Assembly: GCA_049976845.1 (NCBI GenBank) | Contig: JBMFHL010000001.1 | Coordinates: 1 to 64,000, forward strand | Origin: Candidatus Micrarchaeia archaeon | Lineage (GTDB): Archaea > Micrarchaeota > Micrarchaeia > Micrarchaeales > CABMGC01 | DNA: 64,000 nt | Reading direction: 5' to 3' | Shown: positions 1-9,401 of the stretch, piece after piece | Layout of the letters: each line of letters begins with the position of its first letter | Numbering within the stretch: the first letter of the stretch is position 1 | Translations under genes and position numbers: made by a program | The notes under the pieces: generated by a model | The model's input: only the letters and a program-made list of their open reading frames with translations | Database searches by the model: none | What the model was told of the DNA's origin: nothing

Positions 1-91
1 CTTCTAATGTACCTCCTGATTTAACTATTGCCACTACTATCTTCTCCCTTACAAACTCCTCTTCCTTTCCGTCTTTCCTTTTTACCTTCAT
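1..91 (-). CDS. ATP-cone domain protein, N-terminal part (runs off the left edge)
   Basis: Hand translation from ATG at 91 gives MKVKRKDGKEEEFVREKIVVAIVKSGGTLE..., matching the ATP-cone signature V.KRDG..E.F...KI..AI. Not in the ORF track because it is truncated. Confidence 0.75.
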   Translation of the reverse strand, partial: MKVKRKDGKEEEFVREKIVVAIVKSGGTLE

Positions 92-183
92 TTACCCACG
101 CAAATAATAGACTTTGAATGTTTATAATGGTTTTCATTTGATGAAGAGTCTCATATTTATATTTTTAATTTAACATTAATACT

Positions 184-1125
184 ATGGCTGTTGAACCTTC
201 TGACCTTGATTTTGCTTACAAATATCCATTTTCTTCAGAGGCAAAAAGGGTTGTGCTAGAAATAGAGAGCAGACAGAACAAGGTCGAAGCAAAGTATGTT
301 GCTGCTGGCAAAATGAGGGTAGAAGAGGACATTGGTAATAGAAACCTTGAATTCAGAGAAACTGGCTTGGAAGAGCTGAAAATAACTTATGTGATAAGCT
401 ATGTGTATGCACGCATGATAGTCAGCGTGCTTGGGATTCGTGCCATAAACATGTTTGTAGAGGCTGAGGCGAAAAGGGCCTCTGAGGCTTTAGGTAATGA
501 AAAAGAGAACATCATAATTAAGCTCGCTAGCGAACTAGGTTTGGATTTGAGATTTAATGGACAGTACTTCAATATGCCTTTTGCTTCCTATGCTGACAAT
601 GCACCTAAAAATGCAGAATATTCGCTGATACACCAAAGACTTAGAGATGGCACAGTATACTTGGAGAAATATAAGACAATTGCAGTGATAGAGAATGCAT
701 CTAAAGCACTCATCAGGAAGGGATTGCCCATAGAGAAAAAAGAGCTTCCAAAAGAGGTTATTGATGCTGCAAAGCTTGTAAAGATACCTATAGAAAATGG
801 AAGGACTGAAATTGGCGGCTCTAACAGGTACTTCTGGATAGAGAGGCTGCTTGCACATCCTCTTCCCGATTTTAGGCATAGGGTGGTAAATTTGATCCTG
901 GCTCCATACTTTTCAAATATTAGGAATTTAAGCGAGGAGGAGGCAGTTAAAGTGATATCCAATTATATTGATAGGTGCAAGGAGTTGAATCCTGACACAA
1001 AAGTAAGTGAACCGTATATAAGGTATCAGGTAAAATATGCAAAGGAGAAAGGCATGAAGCCGCTATCGCTGGTGAAAGCAAAAGAACTACTTAGCGATTT
1101 GATAGACTTTGACAATATGATGTGA
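184..1125 (+). CDS. priL: DNA primase large subunit (PriL N-terminal domain) with a PriX-like C-terminal domain
   Basis: N-terminus has YPF..EAK, SYVYARMIVS, EAEAKR and LIHQRLRDGTVYL, typical of PriL. C-terminus WIERLL..PLPDFRHR..NLILAPYF.NIRNLSEEEA...KGMKPLSL resembles PriX. Only one Cys. Confidence 0.85.
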   Translation: MAVEPSDLDFAYKYPFSSEAKRVVLEIESRQNKVEAKYVAAGKMRVEEDIGNRNLEFRETGLEELKITYVISYVYARMIVSVLGIRAINMFVEAEAKRASEALGNEKENIIIKLASELGLDLRFNGQYFNMPFASYADNAPKNAEYSLIHQRLRDGTVYLEKYKTIAVIENASKALIRKGLPIEKKELPKEVIDAAKLVKIPIENGRTEIGGSNRYFWIERLLAHPLPDFRHRVVNLILAPYFSNIRNLSEEEAVKVISNYIDRCKELNPDTKVSEPYIRYQVKYAKEKGMKPLSLVKAKELLSDLIDFDNMM

Positions 1126-1129
1126 TTGA

Positions 1130-1291
1130 ATGATGCACACACTCTGCTATATATGCAAAAACCCTGCAAAACATGTATGCAAGCTGTGCGGGGGACACGT
1201 CTGCAACAAGCATTATGATGCAGTTACAGGCTTGTGTACAAACTGTAAAAGAGGCAGAGAGATTAAGGCAAGTTCATTGCACAAAATCTGA
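1130..1291 (+). CDS. 53-aa Cys/His-rich putative zinc-finger microprotein
   Basis: Hand translation: MMHTLCYICKNPAKHVCKLCGGHVCNKHYDAVTGLCTNCKRGREIKASSLHKI*, with CxxC, CxxC, CxxH and CxxC. Starts 4 nt after the priL stop. Confidence 0.8.
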   Translation: MMHTLCYICKNPAKHVCKLCGGHVCNKHYDAVTGLCTNCKRGREIKASSLHKI

Positions 1292-1552
1292 TGCTGCTGT
1301 ACCTTTGGGGAATGCTTTTCCATTTGGAGCTTCAACAGGCAGGCCTGTTTCCTCAGAAACGCGCAATAATTCGGATGTATCTACTATTCTATTAGTGTAC
1401 AATTCTACATATTCCAAATCGCCCACCTTCACTTTCTTAATACTGAATGTGAGCTGTTGGAGCATCCCGCTTCTCCTTACCCTTACCTTTATACTGCCTC
1501 TCACTATTATTTCTTTGGCTTTCTCTGAAATCTGCATTACACCAACCGACAT
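1274..1552 (-). CDS. hypothetical protein (92 aa)
   Basis: Protein-like composition. A minus-strand BRE/TATA (AAAGATTTATAAG) lies at about 1637-1649. No family recognised. Confidence 0.65.
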   Translation of the reverse strand: MSVGVMQISEKAKEIIVRGSIKVRVRRSGMLQQLTFSIKKVKVGDLEYVELYTNRIVDTSELLRVSEETGLPVEAPNGKAFPKGTAASDFVQ

Positions 1553-1736
1553 CTACAGGAATTGCAAATGGACAACATAATTTAGAATAAAGGTTTAACA
1601 GCCATGACAAGACTCAACCTATATTGGTTCTTTTCGCTTATAAATCTTTCTTAATGGTATTTTTTATAGCTTGTCTTAATTGATAAATTACTTTGGGAAG
1701 GTATTAATAAATAGGTATCTGACATTATATAAAAAT

Positions 1737-2093
1737 ATGCTTAACATGTACTTCATTATTTTTGCCTTTGCGCTCTTCTCTATTTTAGTGCCGCTGGCAA
1801 TGGTGCTTGCGAATAAGCTTATTGGAATGGAAGAGGAGCATAATGCTGTGAAGGATTCTAATTACGAGAGCGCTGAGAATAGCATAGGGGAAAACACCAA
1901 TGTCATGAGCGAATATTTCCATTTTCTTACTATATTTGTTGCTTTCGAGATAGCAGGCATAGTTGTTATATTATGGTCTATAACAGCAAGGAGCATAGGG
2001 TTCATGCAGAATATTTACGCAATTATTATATTCATATTTTCTATTATACTTGCATTTATGAGCATAGGGATTGCTAAAAAGAGGTGGAGGTAG
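1737..2093 (+). CDS. nuoA: complex I-like subunit A
   Basis: Three TM segments and a K.S.YES loop motif; first gene of the operon. ATG at 1737 or 1746 preferred over the TTG at 1680. Confidence 0.85.
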   Translation: MLNMYFIIFAFALFSILVPLAMVLANKLIGMEEEHNAVKDSNYESAENSIGENTNVMSEYFHFLTIFVAFEIAGIVVILWSITARSIGFMQNIYAIIIFIFSIILAFMSIGIAKKRWR

Positions 2094-2653
2094 TGGATGG
2101 GAGTAGTGAGAGATTTATCAATGCAAAAAAAGAGATGGAGCAGCTTGTAGTAGATTCGATGAAGAACTACAAAGCGCCAACAGGAGCTTTTTTCACCAAC
2201 TTGTCAAAGGCTACCAAGGCTATTTCCGGAGGCATGGTAAAATGGTCAAGGAAGAACTCGCTATGGCCCATGCAATTTGGTCTAGCATGCTGCGCTATGG
2301 AGCTTATGGACTTTGGCTCAGCCAGGATAGATGCGGAGAGAAAAGGTTATCTGCTTTTCAGGGGTTCTCCGAGGCAATGCGATGTCATGATTGTTGCAGG
2401 CTGGGTTACCAAGGCGGTTGCGCCTGAGATAAAAAGGCTCTACGAGCAAATGTCGAAACCAAGATACGTAGTAGCATATGGAGAATGCGCTACAAGCGGA
2501 GGACCCTGGTGGCAGAGTTATAATATAATAAAAGGCATAGATCAGATTCTGCCTGTAGATGTGTATGTTGCGGGATGCCCTCCAAAACCAGAAAATTTGT
2601 TTGCGGCCCTTATGAAGCTGCAAAAGAAGGTAGGTGGTGAGATTGAAGGTTGA
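2084..2653 (+). CDS. nuoB: complex I-like subunit B (N2 Fe-S cluster)
   Basis: FGLACCAMEL, SPRQCD, GECATSGG and VDVYVAGCPPKPE motifs. Confidence 0.95.
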   Translation: MEVVDGSSERFINAKKEMEQLVVDSMKNYKAPTGAFFTNLSKATKAISGGMVKWSRKNSLWPMQFGLACCAMELMDFGSARIDAERKGYLLFRGSPRQCDVMIVAGWVTKAVAPEIKRLYEQMSKPRYVVAYGECATSGGPWWQSYNIIKGIDQILPVDVYVAGCPPKPENLFAALMKLQKKVGGEIEG

Positions 2654-3011
2654 AAGGGAAAAGTTGCTCGATACAATTAAGAATGCAAAAGACTCTGGAC
2701 TAAATTATTTGATTAAGATTACTGCTGTGGATTATGGAGATCATGAAGAGGTAATCTACTTTCTTATGGACCTGGAAAAGAATAAGGAAGAGAATATAAG
2801 GGTAGATATTAAGAGTGGTGATTTGTGGATTCCTACAATAATAGACATACTCAAATCCGCAGACTGGTACGAGAGAGAAATGTCTGAGATGTTCGGCATA
2901 GATATAAGGGGCAGGGAAATGAAAAGGCTGCTTCTTGAAAAGTGGGATGGCGTTGATGCGCCTATGAAAAAGGGCTTTGCCTGGGGAGAGAAATACAAAA
3001 GCAGCGAGTGA
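2634..3011 (+). CDS. nuoC: complex I-like subunit C (short form)
   Basis: ITAVDY, ADWYEREMSEMFGI, RLLL and PMKK motifs. Confidence 0.92.
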   Translation: MVRLKVEREKLLDTIKNAKDSGLNYLIKITAVDYGDHEEVIYFLMDLEKNKEENIRVDIKSGDLWIPTIIDILKSADWYEREMSEMFGIDIRGREMKRLLLEKWDGVDAPMKKGFAWGEKYKSSE

Positions 3012-3015
3012 GTTT

Positions 3016-4107
3016 ATGATCACTAGGATAAATATAGGGCCTATTCATCCAAGTACGCATGGTGTCTTGCGGCTTGTTGTTAGCCTTGACGGCGATACAA
3101 TAGTTGACGTTGAGCCACATATAGGTTTTCTACATAGGGGAGTGGAAAAACTTGTAGAGAATAGGATGTACATGCAGAGCCAAAATTACATGGAAAAATT
3201 AGACTATGCCTCGCCTCTTGCATATAGTGACCTGTATGTGGCGACTGTTGAGGAAGCTATGGGCATACATGTAAAGGAGAGAGCCAAGTATGTAAGAACT
3301 ATACTCCTTGAATTACAAAGGATAGCGAGCCACCTGCTTTGGCTCGGCACCATGTGCAATGACTTAGGCCAAATGTTTACAATGTTTATGTGGACTATGA
3401 AAGACAGAGACCTTATACTTAATTCGCTGCAGGATTTAACCGGCAGCAGGATGTTTTACGTCAACATGAGGCTTGGGGGTGTTGCAGAACCATTCCCCCC
3501 TTACTTCGAAGAGGGCTTAATGAAATTGCTTGATTACCTTGAGAAAAGGCTAAATGACTATGAGGTTTTCCTTGAAAAAAATCCTGTTTTCATTGAAAGG
3601 ACAAAAGGCGTTGGTGTGCTTGGCAGGAGAGAGGCTATCGAATTAGGGGTTACAGGACCTGTACTGAGGGCTTCTGGAGTGAATTTTGATATTAGGAGGA
3701 ATTTTTCATATTATGCTTATGAGAAGCTGCACTTCGTGACGCAGGTACAGACAAAAGGAGACAGCTATGCAAGATACAAAGTGAGGATGCTTGAGATGAA
3801 AGAGAGCATAAAGATAATAAGAGATGCATTCAAAAAAATGCCAGATGGCGACGAGCTTGGCTTGCCCATAAAACTTATTTCCCCTCCAATAAAGAACACA
3901 GAGGTTTTTGTGAAGAGGGAGCTGCCCAGGGGTGAAGGCTACATGTATATGCTTGCAGACAAGCAGAGGCCGTATAGGCTTGCGATCAGGGCACCCGCAT
4001 TTGTAAACCTATCTGCCCTCAGGTACCTGGCAAAAGGCAATAGGCTAGCGGATCTCTTTGCAATACTTGGAAGTTTGGATTTGGTGATGGCAGATGTTGA
4101 CAGGTAA
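3016..4107 (+). CDS. nuoD: complex I-like subunit D
   Basis: GPIHPSTHGVLRL, GFLHRGVEK, LDY, ELQRIASHL, ELPRGE and terminal ADVDR. No NiFe CxxC pairs. ATG at 3016 follows nuoC. Confidence 0.95.
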   Translation: MITRINIGPIHPSTHGVLRLVVSLDGDTIVDVEPHIGFLHRGVEKLVENRMYMQSQNYMEKLDYASPLAYSDLYVATVEEAMGIHVKERAKYVRTILLELQRIASHLLWLGTMCNDLGQMFTMFMWTMKDRDLILNSLQDLTGSRMFYVNMRLGGVAEPFPPYFEEGLMKLLDYLEKRLNDYEVFLEKNPVFIERTKGVGVLGRREAIELGVTGPVLRASGVNFDIRRNFSYYAYEKLHFVTQVQTKGDSYARYKVRMLEMKESIKIIRDAFKKMPDGDELGLPIKLISPPIKNTEVFVKRELPRGEGYMYMLADKQRPYRLAIRAPAFVNLSALRYLAKGNRLADLFAILGSLDLVMADVDR

Positions 4108-5083
4108 TCTTGGCCCAATAGGCATTCAACTTGCGCCTGTAGGCACTGTTACAGGAATAATCGAGTATATTATAATTATATTTGTATTCATAGCTACATT
4201 CGATTATATTTTTGGCTGGTTTGAAAGAAAGACCATAGCAAAAGCGCAATTTAGGCACGGGCCTACATATGTTGGTAAGTTTGGAATTCTGCAGAATCTG
4301 GCAGATATAGTAAAGCTAGTTGCAAAGGAGAACATAACCCCTAACAGTGCAGACAGACTGCTTTTCTCCACCGCCATGCCACTCTTGCTTGCACTTTTTA
4401 TATTTCTTGTTTTCCTAATACCTTTCTCTCCTAATTATGGGATTAGCATAAGCGTAGGGCTGCTTGCAATATTTGTAATGCTTTCGTTTGCTCCCCTTAT
4501 TGTGTTCGTAAGCGGCGTATCAAGCGGAAACAAATTTGCCGGTATAAGCGCACAAAGGTCAATAATAATGATGTTGAGCTATGAGATGCCGTTAATTGTA
4601 GTTATTGCGTCTGTGGCGTTGTTTGCAGGAAGCTTCAACTTAGGAAATATAGTAAACCTGCAGAGTAACGCGCCTTTCATTATCCTTATGCCTATTGGAT
4701 TTTTGGTTTTTTTTATTGCTATGCTTGCAGAGCTTGAAAGGCCGCCTTTTGACTTGAGGGAAGCTGACAGCGAACTTATTGCAGGGTGGCTTACTGATTT
4801 CGGATCGCCATATTACGCAATTGCACTCTTCGTTGATTATACTAGAATGTTCCTAGGCTCATTGCTGATATCCTTGCTTTTCTTAGGTGGATGGCTTGGA
4901 CCAGTGCTTCCGCCTGTGGTGTGGCTTCTTGCAAAGAGCTTTTTTGTGGCGTTTGTGATAGTGTTAGTAAGGGCAACTACAGTTAGAATGAGGCTTGATA
5001 GATTACTTAGGTTTGGGTGGTTCTGGCTCTTGCCTCTTGCTCTGGTTAATATTATATTAACCTTTTTATTGTTTGTAAGATAA
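4094..5083 (+). CDS. nuoH: complex I-like subunit H
   Basis: ERK..A..Q.R.GP, GILQ.LAD..KL..KE, SYE and AELERPPFDL.EA.SEL..G motifs. Confidence 0.95.
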   Translation: MLTGNLGPIGIQLAPVGTVTGIIEYIIIIFVFIATFDYIFGWFERKTIAKAQFRHGPTYVGKFGILQNLADIVKLVAKENITPNSADRLLFSTAMPLLLALFIFLVFLIPFSPNYGISISVGLLAIFVMLSFAPLIVFVSGVSSGNKFAGISAQRSIIMMLSYEMPLIVVIASVALFAGSFNLGNIVNLQSNAPFIILMPIGFLVFFIAMLAELERPPFDLREADSELIAGWLTDFGSPYYAIALFVDYTRMFLGSLLISLLFLGGWLGPVLPPVVWLLAKSFFVAFVIVLVRATTVRMRLDRLLRFGWFWLLPLALVNIILTFLLFVR

Positions 5084-5084
5084 G

Positions 5085-5456
5085 GTGTTTAATGTGATAG
5101 TTGAACCTTTCGTAAAAACTCTGCAAGGCCTCAAAGATAAAAGATTTACTACGAAGTTCCCTGAGGAGAGGGAGATCCAACCAGACAACTACAGAGGCAT
5201 ACATAGGCTTGACATAGAAACCTGCATAAGCTGCGGCGCTTGCGAGAGGATCTGCCCTAACAATACTATAACAATGGTTGACACAAACACACAGAAGGGT
5301 AGGAGGAAGACTCCGGAGATAAATTTAGATAGATGCCTTTTCTGTGGGCTCTGCGAAGAGGTGTGCCCAACACACTGCCTAACATTGACCAAAAATTACA
5401 AGCTTGAGGCGTTAGATAGGAGAGAATTCGTAAAGAGGCCTGAAGAATTGAAGTGA
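5085..5456 (+). CDS. nuoI: complex I-like subunit I (2x[4Fe-4S])
   Basis: CISCGACERICP and CLFCGLCEEVCP. Confidence 0.95.
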   Translation: MFNVIVEPFVKTLQGLKDKRFTTKFPEEREIQPDNYRGIHRLDIETCISCGACERICPNNTITMVDTNTQKGRRKTPEINLDRCLFCGLCEEVCPTHCLTLTKNYKLEALDRREFVKRPEELK

Positions 5457-5460
5457 CAAG

Positions 5461-5946
5461 ATGATTAGCGAGATTTTATTTGCATTGATTTCGCTGTTTA
5501 CGCTAGCTTCTGCAATAGTCATGCTTTTGTCCAGGAAATTGCTTAGGGCGGTGATCGCATTGGCGTTCGCCTTTACTGGCAGTTCGCTGATTTTCCTAAT
5601 GCTGCAACAGAGCATATTGGCGCTTCTCCAGCTCTTCGTATTTGTCGGTGGACTTTCAACTTACTTGATAGTAGCTGTAGCGGCAGAGCCTAAACTATCA
5701 AAGAATATGAATGCCAGGAATTTTGCTGCTGCTGCAACCGCCTTGCTTATTGCATTCTTTTTCATTGTATATAAATTTGCATATGCAAATACTACCACTA
5801 GCACGTATAGCGGCAGCTTTGTCACGAGTGCAGGAATTGCTATAGGGCACTACTACGCTCTTCTTGGCATAATAATTTTTCTTCCGTTTGCAAGCGCTAT
5901 TGGAAGCATACTCCTCATTAAGAGGCTTACGAAGGTGGTGGTCTAA
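5461..5946 (+). CDS. nuoJ: complex I-like subunit J
   Basis: Five TM segments, QLFVFVGG (compare QILVYVGA), and operon position. Confidence 0.85.
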   Translation: MISEILFALISLFTLASAIVMLLSRKLLRAVIALAFAFTGSSLIFLMLQQSILALLQLFVFVGGLSTYLIVAVAAEPKLSKNMNARNFAAAATALLIAFFFIVYKFAYANTTTSTYSGSFVTSAGIAIGHYYALLGIIIFLPFASAIGSILLIKRLTKVVV

Positions 5947-6254
5947 TGCTGCAGTTGGTTTATTTTATGTATTTGAGCTTCGCACTGCTCGCGGTAGGGC
6001 TTGCAGGTATAGTAGCTAGCAAGCATATTATTTTGATAGTGCTTTCTGTAGAGCTTTTGTTTGTCTCAAGCATAATTTTGCTTGCCGCTTCTGCTTCATA
6101 TGCAAGCACCGCAAATGGCGATGCTGCAGCAATGATAATCGCAGTTTGGGCTGCTGCTGCCTCTGACGTGATTGTATTGATTGCATTATACATGGTAATA
6201 AAGTCGAGGGGAGCCAAATTTGACGTGACATTGTTCTCTGAATTGAAGGGATAA
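5946..6254 (+). CDS. nuoK: complex I-like subunit K
   Basis: Three TM segments, LSVELL and terminal ELKG. Confidence 0.9.
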   Translation: MLQLVYFMYLSFALLAVGLAGIVASKHIILIVLSVELLFVSSIILLAASASYASTANGDAAAMIIAVWAAAASDVIVLIALYMVIKSRGAKFDVTLFSELKG

Positions 6255-6255
6255 T

Positions 6256-7995
6256 ATGATAGCTTTGTTCATTATAGTGCCTTTCTTGCTTGCTCTGCTA
6301 CTTTCAGTGTTCCTAAAAAGCGGAAAGTATATTGCATATGTTGCAATAGCTGCAAGTATTGCCAGCCTTGCGATGCTACCTTTCATACAAAACGGAGAAT
6401 ATAGCGTAAGCTGGTTCTCTGTGAATGGGTTCAGCTTCAATATCTCCACTTATATAGCACAGTCAAATATTATGCTGCTTGCGATAGTGCTCCTGCTTGC
6501 TCCCATTATATTCCTTTACTCTCTAGGTTTTATCTCTGTGCCAAGTGAGAGGAAGCGTTTTTACATAGAGATGCTGAGCTTCACGGTAGCAATGCTTGCC
6601 TTTGCAATTGCTGGGAACTTCATAGTCTTCTTTATAGCCTGGGAATTCCTCAGCGTGATGAGCTATTTATTAATAGGCTTCTGGTATAAGAATCCAAAAG
6701 CTGCAAGAGCTGCAAGGAAAGCCATAACTATTGTATTTATTGGAGACCTTTGCATTCTTGGTTCCCTTATCCTGTTTTGGAATGCATATAATTCGCTAGA
6801 ATTTTCAAATATAATATATGAAGCTTCTTCAAATCCTACTACAATACCTATAGTGGCTGTAATGCTCTTGATTGTTGCAATCTTTACTAAGTCTGCACAG
6901 TTCCCCTTCCATGAATGGCTGCCTGATGCAATGGAAGGCCCAGTGCCTGTATCTGCTTTCTTGCATTCTGCGACAATGGTAAAGGCAGGAGTATTTGCCG
7001 CGATAGTATTATACCCTATCTTTTTCTATTCGAAGAGCCTTCAGTACTTCCTTGTGATAGGTATTTTGACCGCAATTATTGCAACAACTAATGCAATGAG
7101 AGAGAGGCATATAAAGAAGGTATTGGCATACTCTACAATCCAAGAGCTCGCACTGATGCTTGCAAGCATAGGGGTAGGTGCAGTTGCAGCTGCCTTATAC
7201 TTCTTCTTCGCACAGGCTTTCTATAAAGCACTGCTCTTCTTCAGCTCTGGAGTTATGATGAAGTCTAACAACAATACTGATTTATATTCTATTTATGGAC
7301 TCAAACATAACAAGCTGATATATATAACAACACTTTTTGGAGTCCTATCCTTAGCAGGATTTATTCCTTTTGACGGGTTCTTCTCTTCTGTTGTTGTTGG
7401 AGAGTCTTTCACAAGCAATATTCTTGCTTATGCAATAATTAGCATTATAGGTCTTGCTACAAGTTTCTATATATTCAGGTGGTTCTTTTTGTCTTCGAAG
7501 AGCACCAAGGACAGCAGCATTAACCTTTCATATGATTCACAGCCACACAGCATGGTTATTTCGATGGCTATCCTTGCTGCATTTACAATTATTGCTTCGC
7601 TTGTATTCTTCTTTACTAGTATTTACAGTAGTTTAAGGATTAGCTTCATTGATTCTGCTGTAGAAATTGCCATGTTTTCCATAGGTTTTGCTGCAAGCTA
7701 TTTTGTTTACGTAAAAGGTAGAACATATTTTAATCCTAAGCGTTTTGAAGGCATATTGCATAACAGCATTGTTACAAATGCGTTTTATCTTTATACGGCA
7801 ATTTTCATTTACAAAATAGCCGAAGGGGTTGATTTGTTTGATCTTTACCTTAATGACCTGTTTGATTGGTTTGGCCATCTGGCTATGAAATTGGGGATCG
7901 GGGCAAATGATATTACAAACGGCCAAATTAGCCTTTACGCGGCTGCGCTGATATTGGGATTTGTTATCCTTGGGATTATAATGGTGATTACATAA
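6256..7995 (+). CDS. nuoL: complex I-like antiporter subunit L
   Basis: AWE, SYLLIGFW, KSAQFPFHEWLPDAMEGP.PVSAFLHSATMVKAG and KKVLAYST motifs. Confidence 0.95.
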   Translation: MIALFIIVPFLLALLLSVFLKSGKYIAYVAIAASIASLAMLPFIQNGEYSVSWFSVNGFSFNISTYIAQSNIMLLAIVLLLAPIIFLYSLGFISVPSERKRFYIEMLSFTVAMLAFAIAGNFIVFFIAWEFLSVMSYLLIGFWYKNPKAARAARKAITIVFIGDLCILGSLILFWNAYNSLEFSNIIYEASSNPTTIPIVAVMLLIVAIFTKSAQFPFHEWLPDAMEGPVPVSAFLHSATMVKAGVFAAIVLYPIFFYSKSLQYFLVIGILTAIIATTNAMRERHIKKVLAYSTIQELALMLASIGVGAVAAALYFFFAQAFYKALLFFSSGVMMKSNNNTDLYSIYGLKHNKLIYITTLFGVLSLAGFIPFDGFFSSVVVGESFTSNILAYAIISIIGLATSFYIFRWFFLSSKSTKDSSINLSYDSQPHSMVISMAILAAFTIIASLVFFFTSIYSSLRISFIDSAVEIAMFSIGFAASYFVYVKGRTYFNPKRFEGILHNSIVTNAFYLYTAIFIYKIAEGVDLFDLYLNDLFDWFGHLAMKLGIGANDITNGQISLYAAALILGFVILGIIMVIT

Positions 7996-8000
7996 TACCT

Positions 8001-9401
8001 TTGCTGATGTTACTTGTGCTGCTGCCTGTATTCGGGGCTCTTTTAGCTTTAGCGATTAGGAGAATGCCTGCAATTATAAGTACTTCGACAGCCATTGTTG
8101 AACTAATCGTATTGTTGGCTGCCTTATATTACTTCGTTAGATATGGGTCGTTGCAGAATTCTTACAGTTATATTTTGCCGCTAGGGATAAACTTTGGGTT
8201 TGCTCTTACTAATATAACGTTTGTATTTGCAATGCTTACAGCGATTGTTTTTTTGGCAGCCGCAATTGCAAATATCGTTTTCATAAAGGAGGAGAAGCTT
8301 GGTTACAATTCTTTGTTTATGCTTGCTGAAAGCGCAGTTTTTGGAATCTTCCTTTCTGAAAATCTATTCTTACTTTATCTATTCTGGGACACTGCAATTA
8401 TAATATTCTTTTTCATGCTCTTCCATTTTGGAGGCTATGACAGGAGGTATGCTGCAGTGAAATTTGTATTGTATTCCATATTCTCCAGCGCTATGCTGCT
8501 GATAGGTATAATGATGATCTACTTTTACATGCCTGTGCATACATTTAACATTTCGCAGGTAATCAGCTCAGCAGGATTGATTCCCCATACCGAGCAGCTT
8601 GAAGTACTTATAGTATTGATGCTTGCATTCATGGTGAAACTGCCAGTATTTCCATTTCATTCTTGGGCTCCCGATGCCTATTCAGAAGCGCCTGCTGGAA
8701 GTGCTATGTTATTGTCTGGAGTCCTGTCAAAATTTGGGGCATATGGAATGCTGCTTCTGTTTATTTCGTTGCCAATAGCAAAGACTTATTCAATTTATTT
8801 CGCAGAGCTTTTTGCTTTCTCTGCTATATACGCTGCCTTCGTTGCAATGAATCAAAAGGAATTAAGGAGGATGCTTTCGTATTTGAGCATCAGCGAAATG
8901 GGAATTATTGCTTTTGGGATCTCCTCATTAAACTCTGTAGGAATCGCGGGAGCATTAGTGGGAATTTTTGGGCATGCTCTTATAATAGCGCTTCTGTTCC
9001 TGCTTGCTTTCTCTATAGAAAAGGCCTTTGGAACTTCGATATTGGCAAGGCTCAAGGGCTTGCTTAATGGTTCCAAGCTTATCGGTTATGTATTTATTTT
9101 TGGAGTGCTTGCCACACTGGGTCTTCCGCTTACAAGCGGATTCATATCAGACTTGCTGATACTGCTAGGTAGTGCAAAAAGCTTCGGACTGATTATACTG
9201 TTACCACTATTTGCCATACTAATAAATGGTGCGTACCTCTTCTGGGTCTATGAGAGGGTCTTCACAGCAAAAGAGGAACCACGTATATATGAAAAGCAGA
9301 ATGGCTACATTTATGCGGCAATGGCATTATTGCTTGTATTTATTATAATTATAGGTATACTTCCTTCTATAATCTTAAACAATCTTGGTGCTATAATATG
9401 A
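8001..9401 (+). CDS. nuoM: complex I-like antiporter subunit M
   Basis: YAAVKFVLY, VKLPVFPFHSWAPDAYSEAP, LSKFGAYG and LGLPLTSGF motifs. Confidence 0.93.
   Translation: MLMLLVLLPVFGALLALAIRRMPAIISTSTAIVELIVLLAALYYFVRYGSLQNSYSYILPLGINFGFALTNITFVFAMLTAIVFLAAAIANIVFIKEEKLGYNSLFMLAESAVFGIFLSENLFLLYLFWDTAIIIFFFMLFHFGGYDRRYAAVKFVLYSIFSSAMLLIGIMMIYFYMPVHTFNISQVISSAGLIPHTEQLEVLIVLMLAFMVKLPVFPFHSWAPDAYSEAPAGSAMLLSGVLSKFGAYGMLLLFISLPIAKTYSIYFAELFAFSAIYAAFVAMNQKELRRMLSYLSISEMGIIAFGISSLNSVGIAGALVGIFGHALIIALLFLLAFSIEKAFGTSILARLKGLLNGSKLIGYVFIFGVLATLGLPLTSGFISDLLILLGSAKSFGLIILLPLFAILINGAYLFWVYERVFTAKEEPRIYEKQNGYIYAAMALLLVFIIIIGILPSIILNNLGAII

Noticed and set aside
1173..1580. 135-aa plus-strand ORF after priL
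   Set aside because: It overlaps both the Cys-patterned 53-aa ORF in another frame and the minus-strand 92-aa gene, and has no recognisable features.
2977..4107. nuoD as a group 4 [NiFe]-hydrogenase large subunit
   Set aside because: There are no N- or C-terminal CxxC motifs, and it ends in ADVDR like complex I NuoD.
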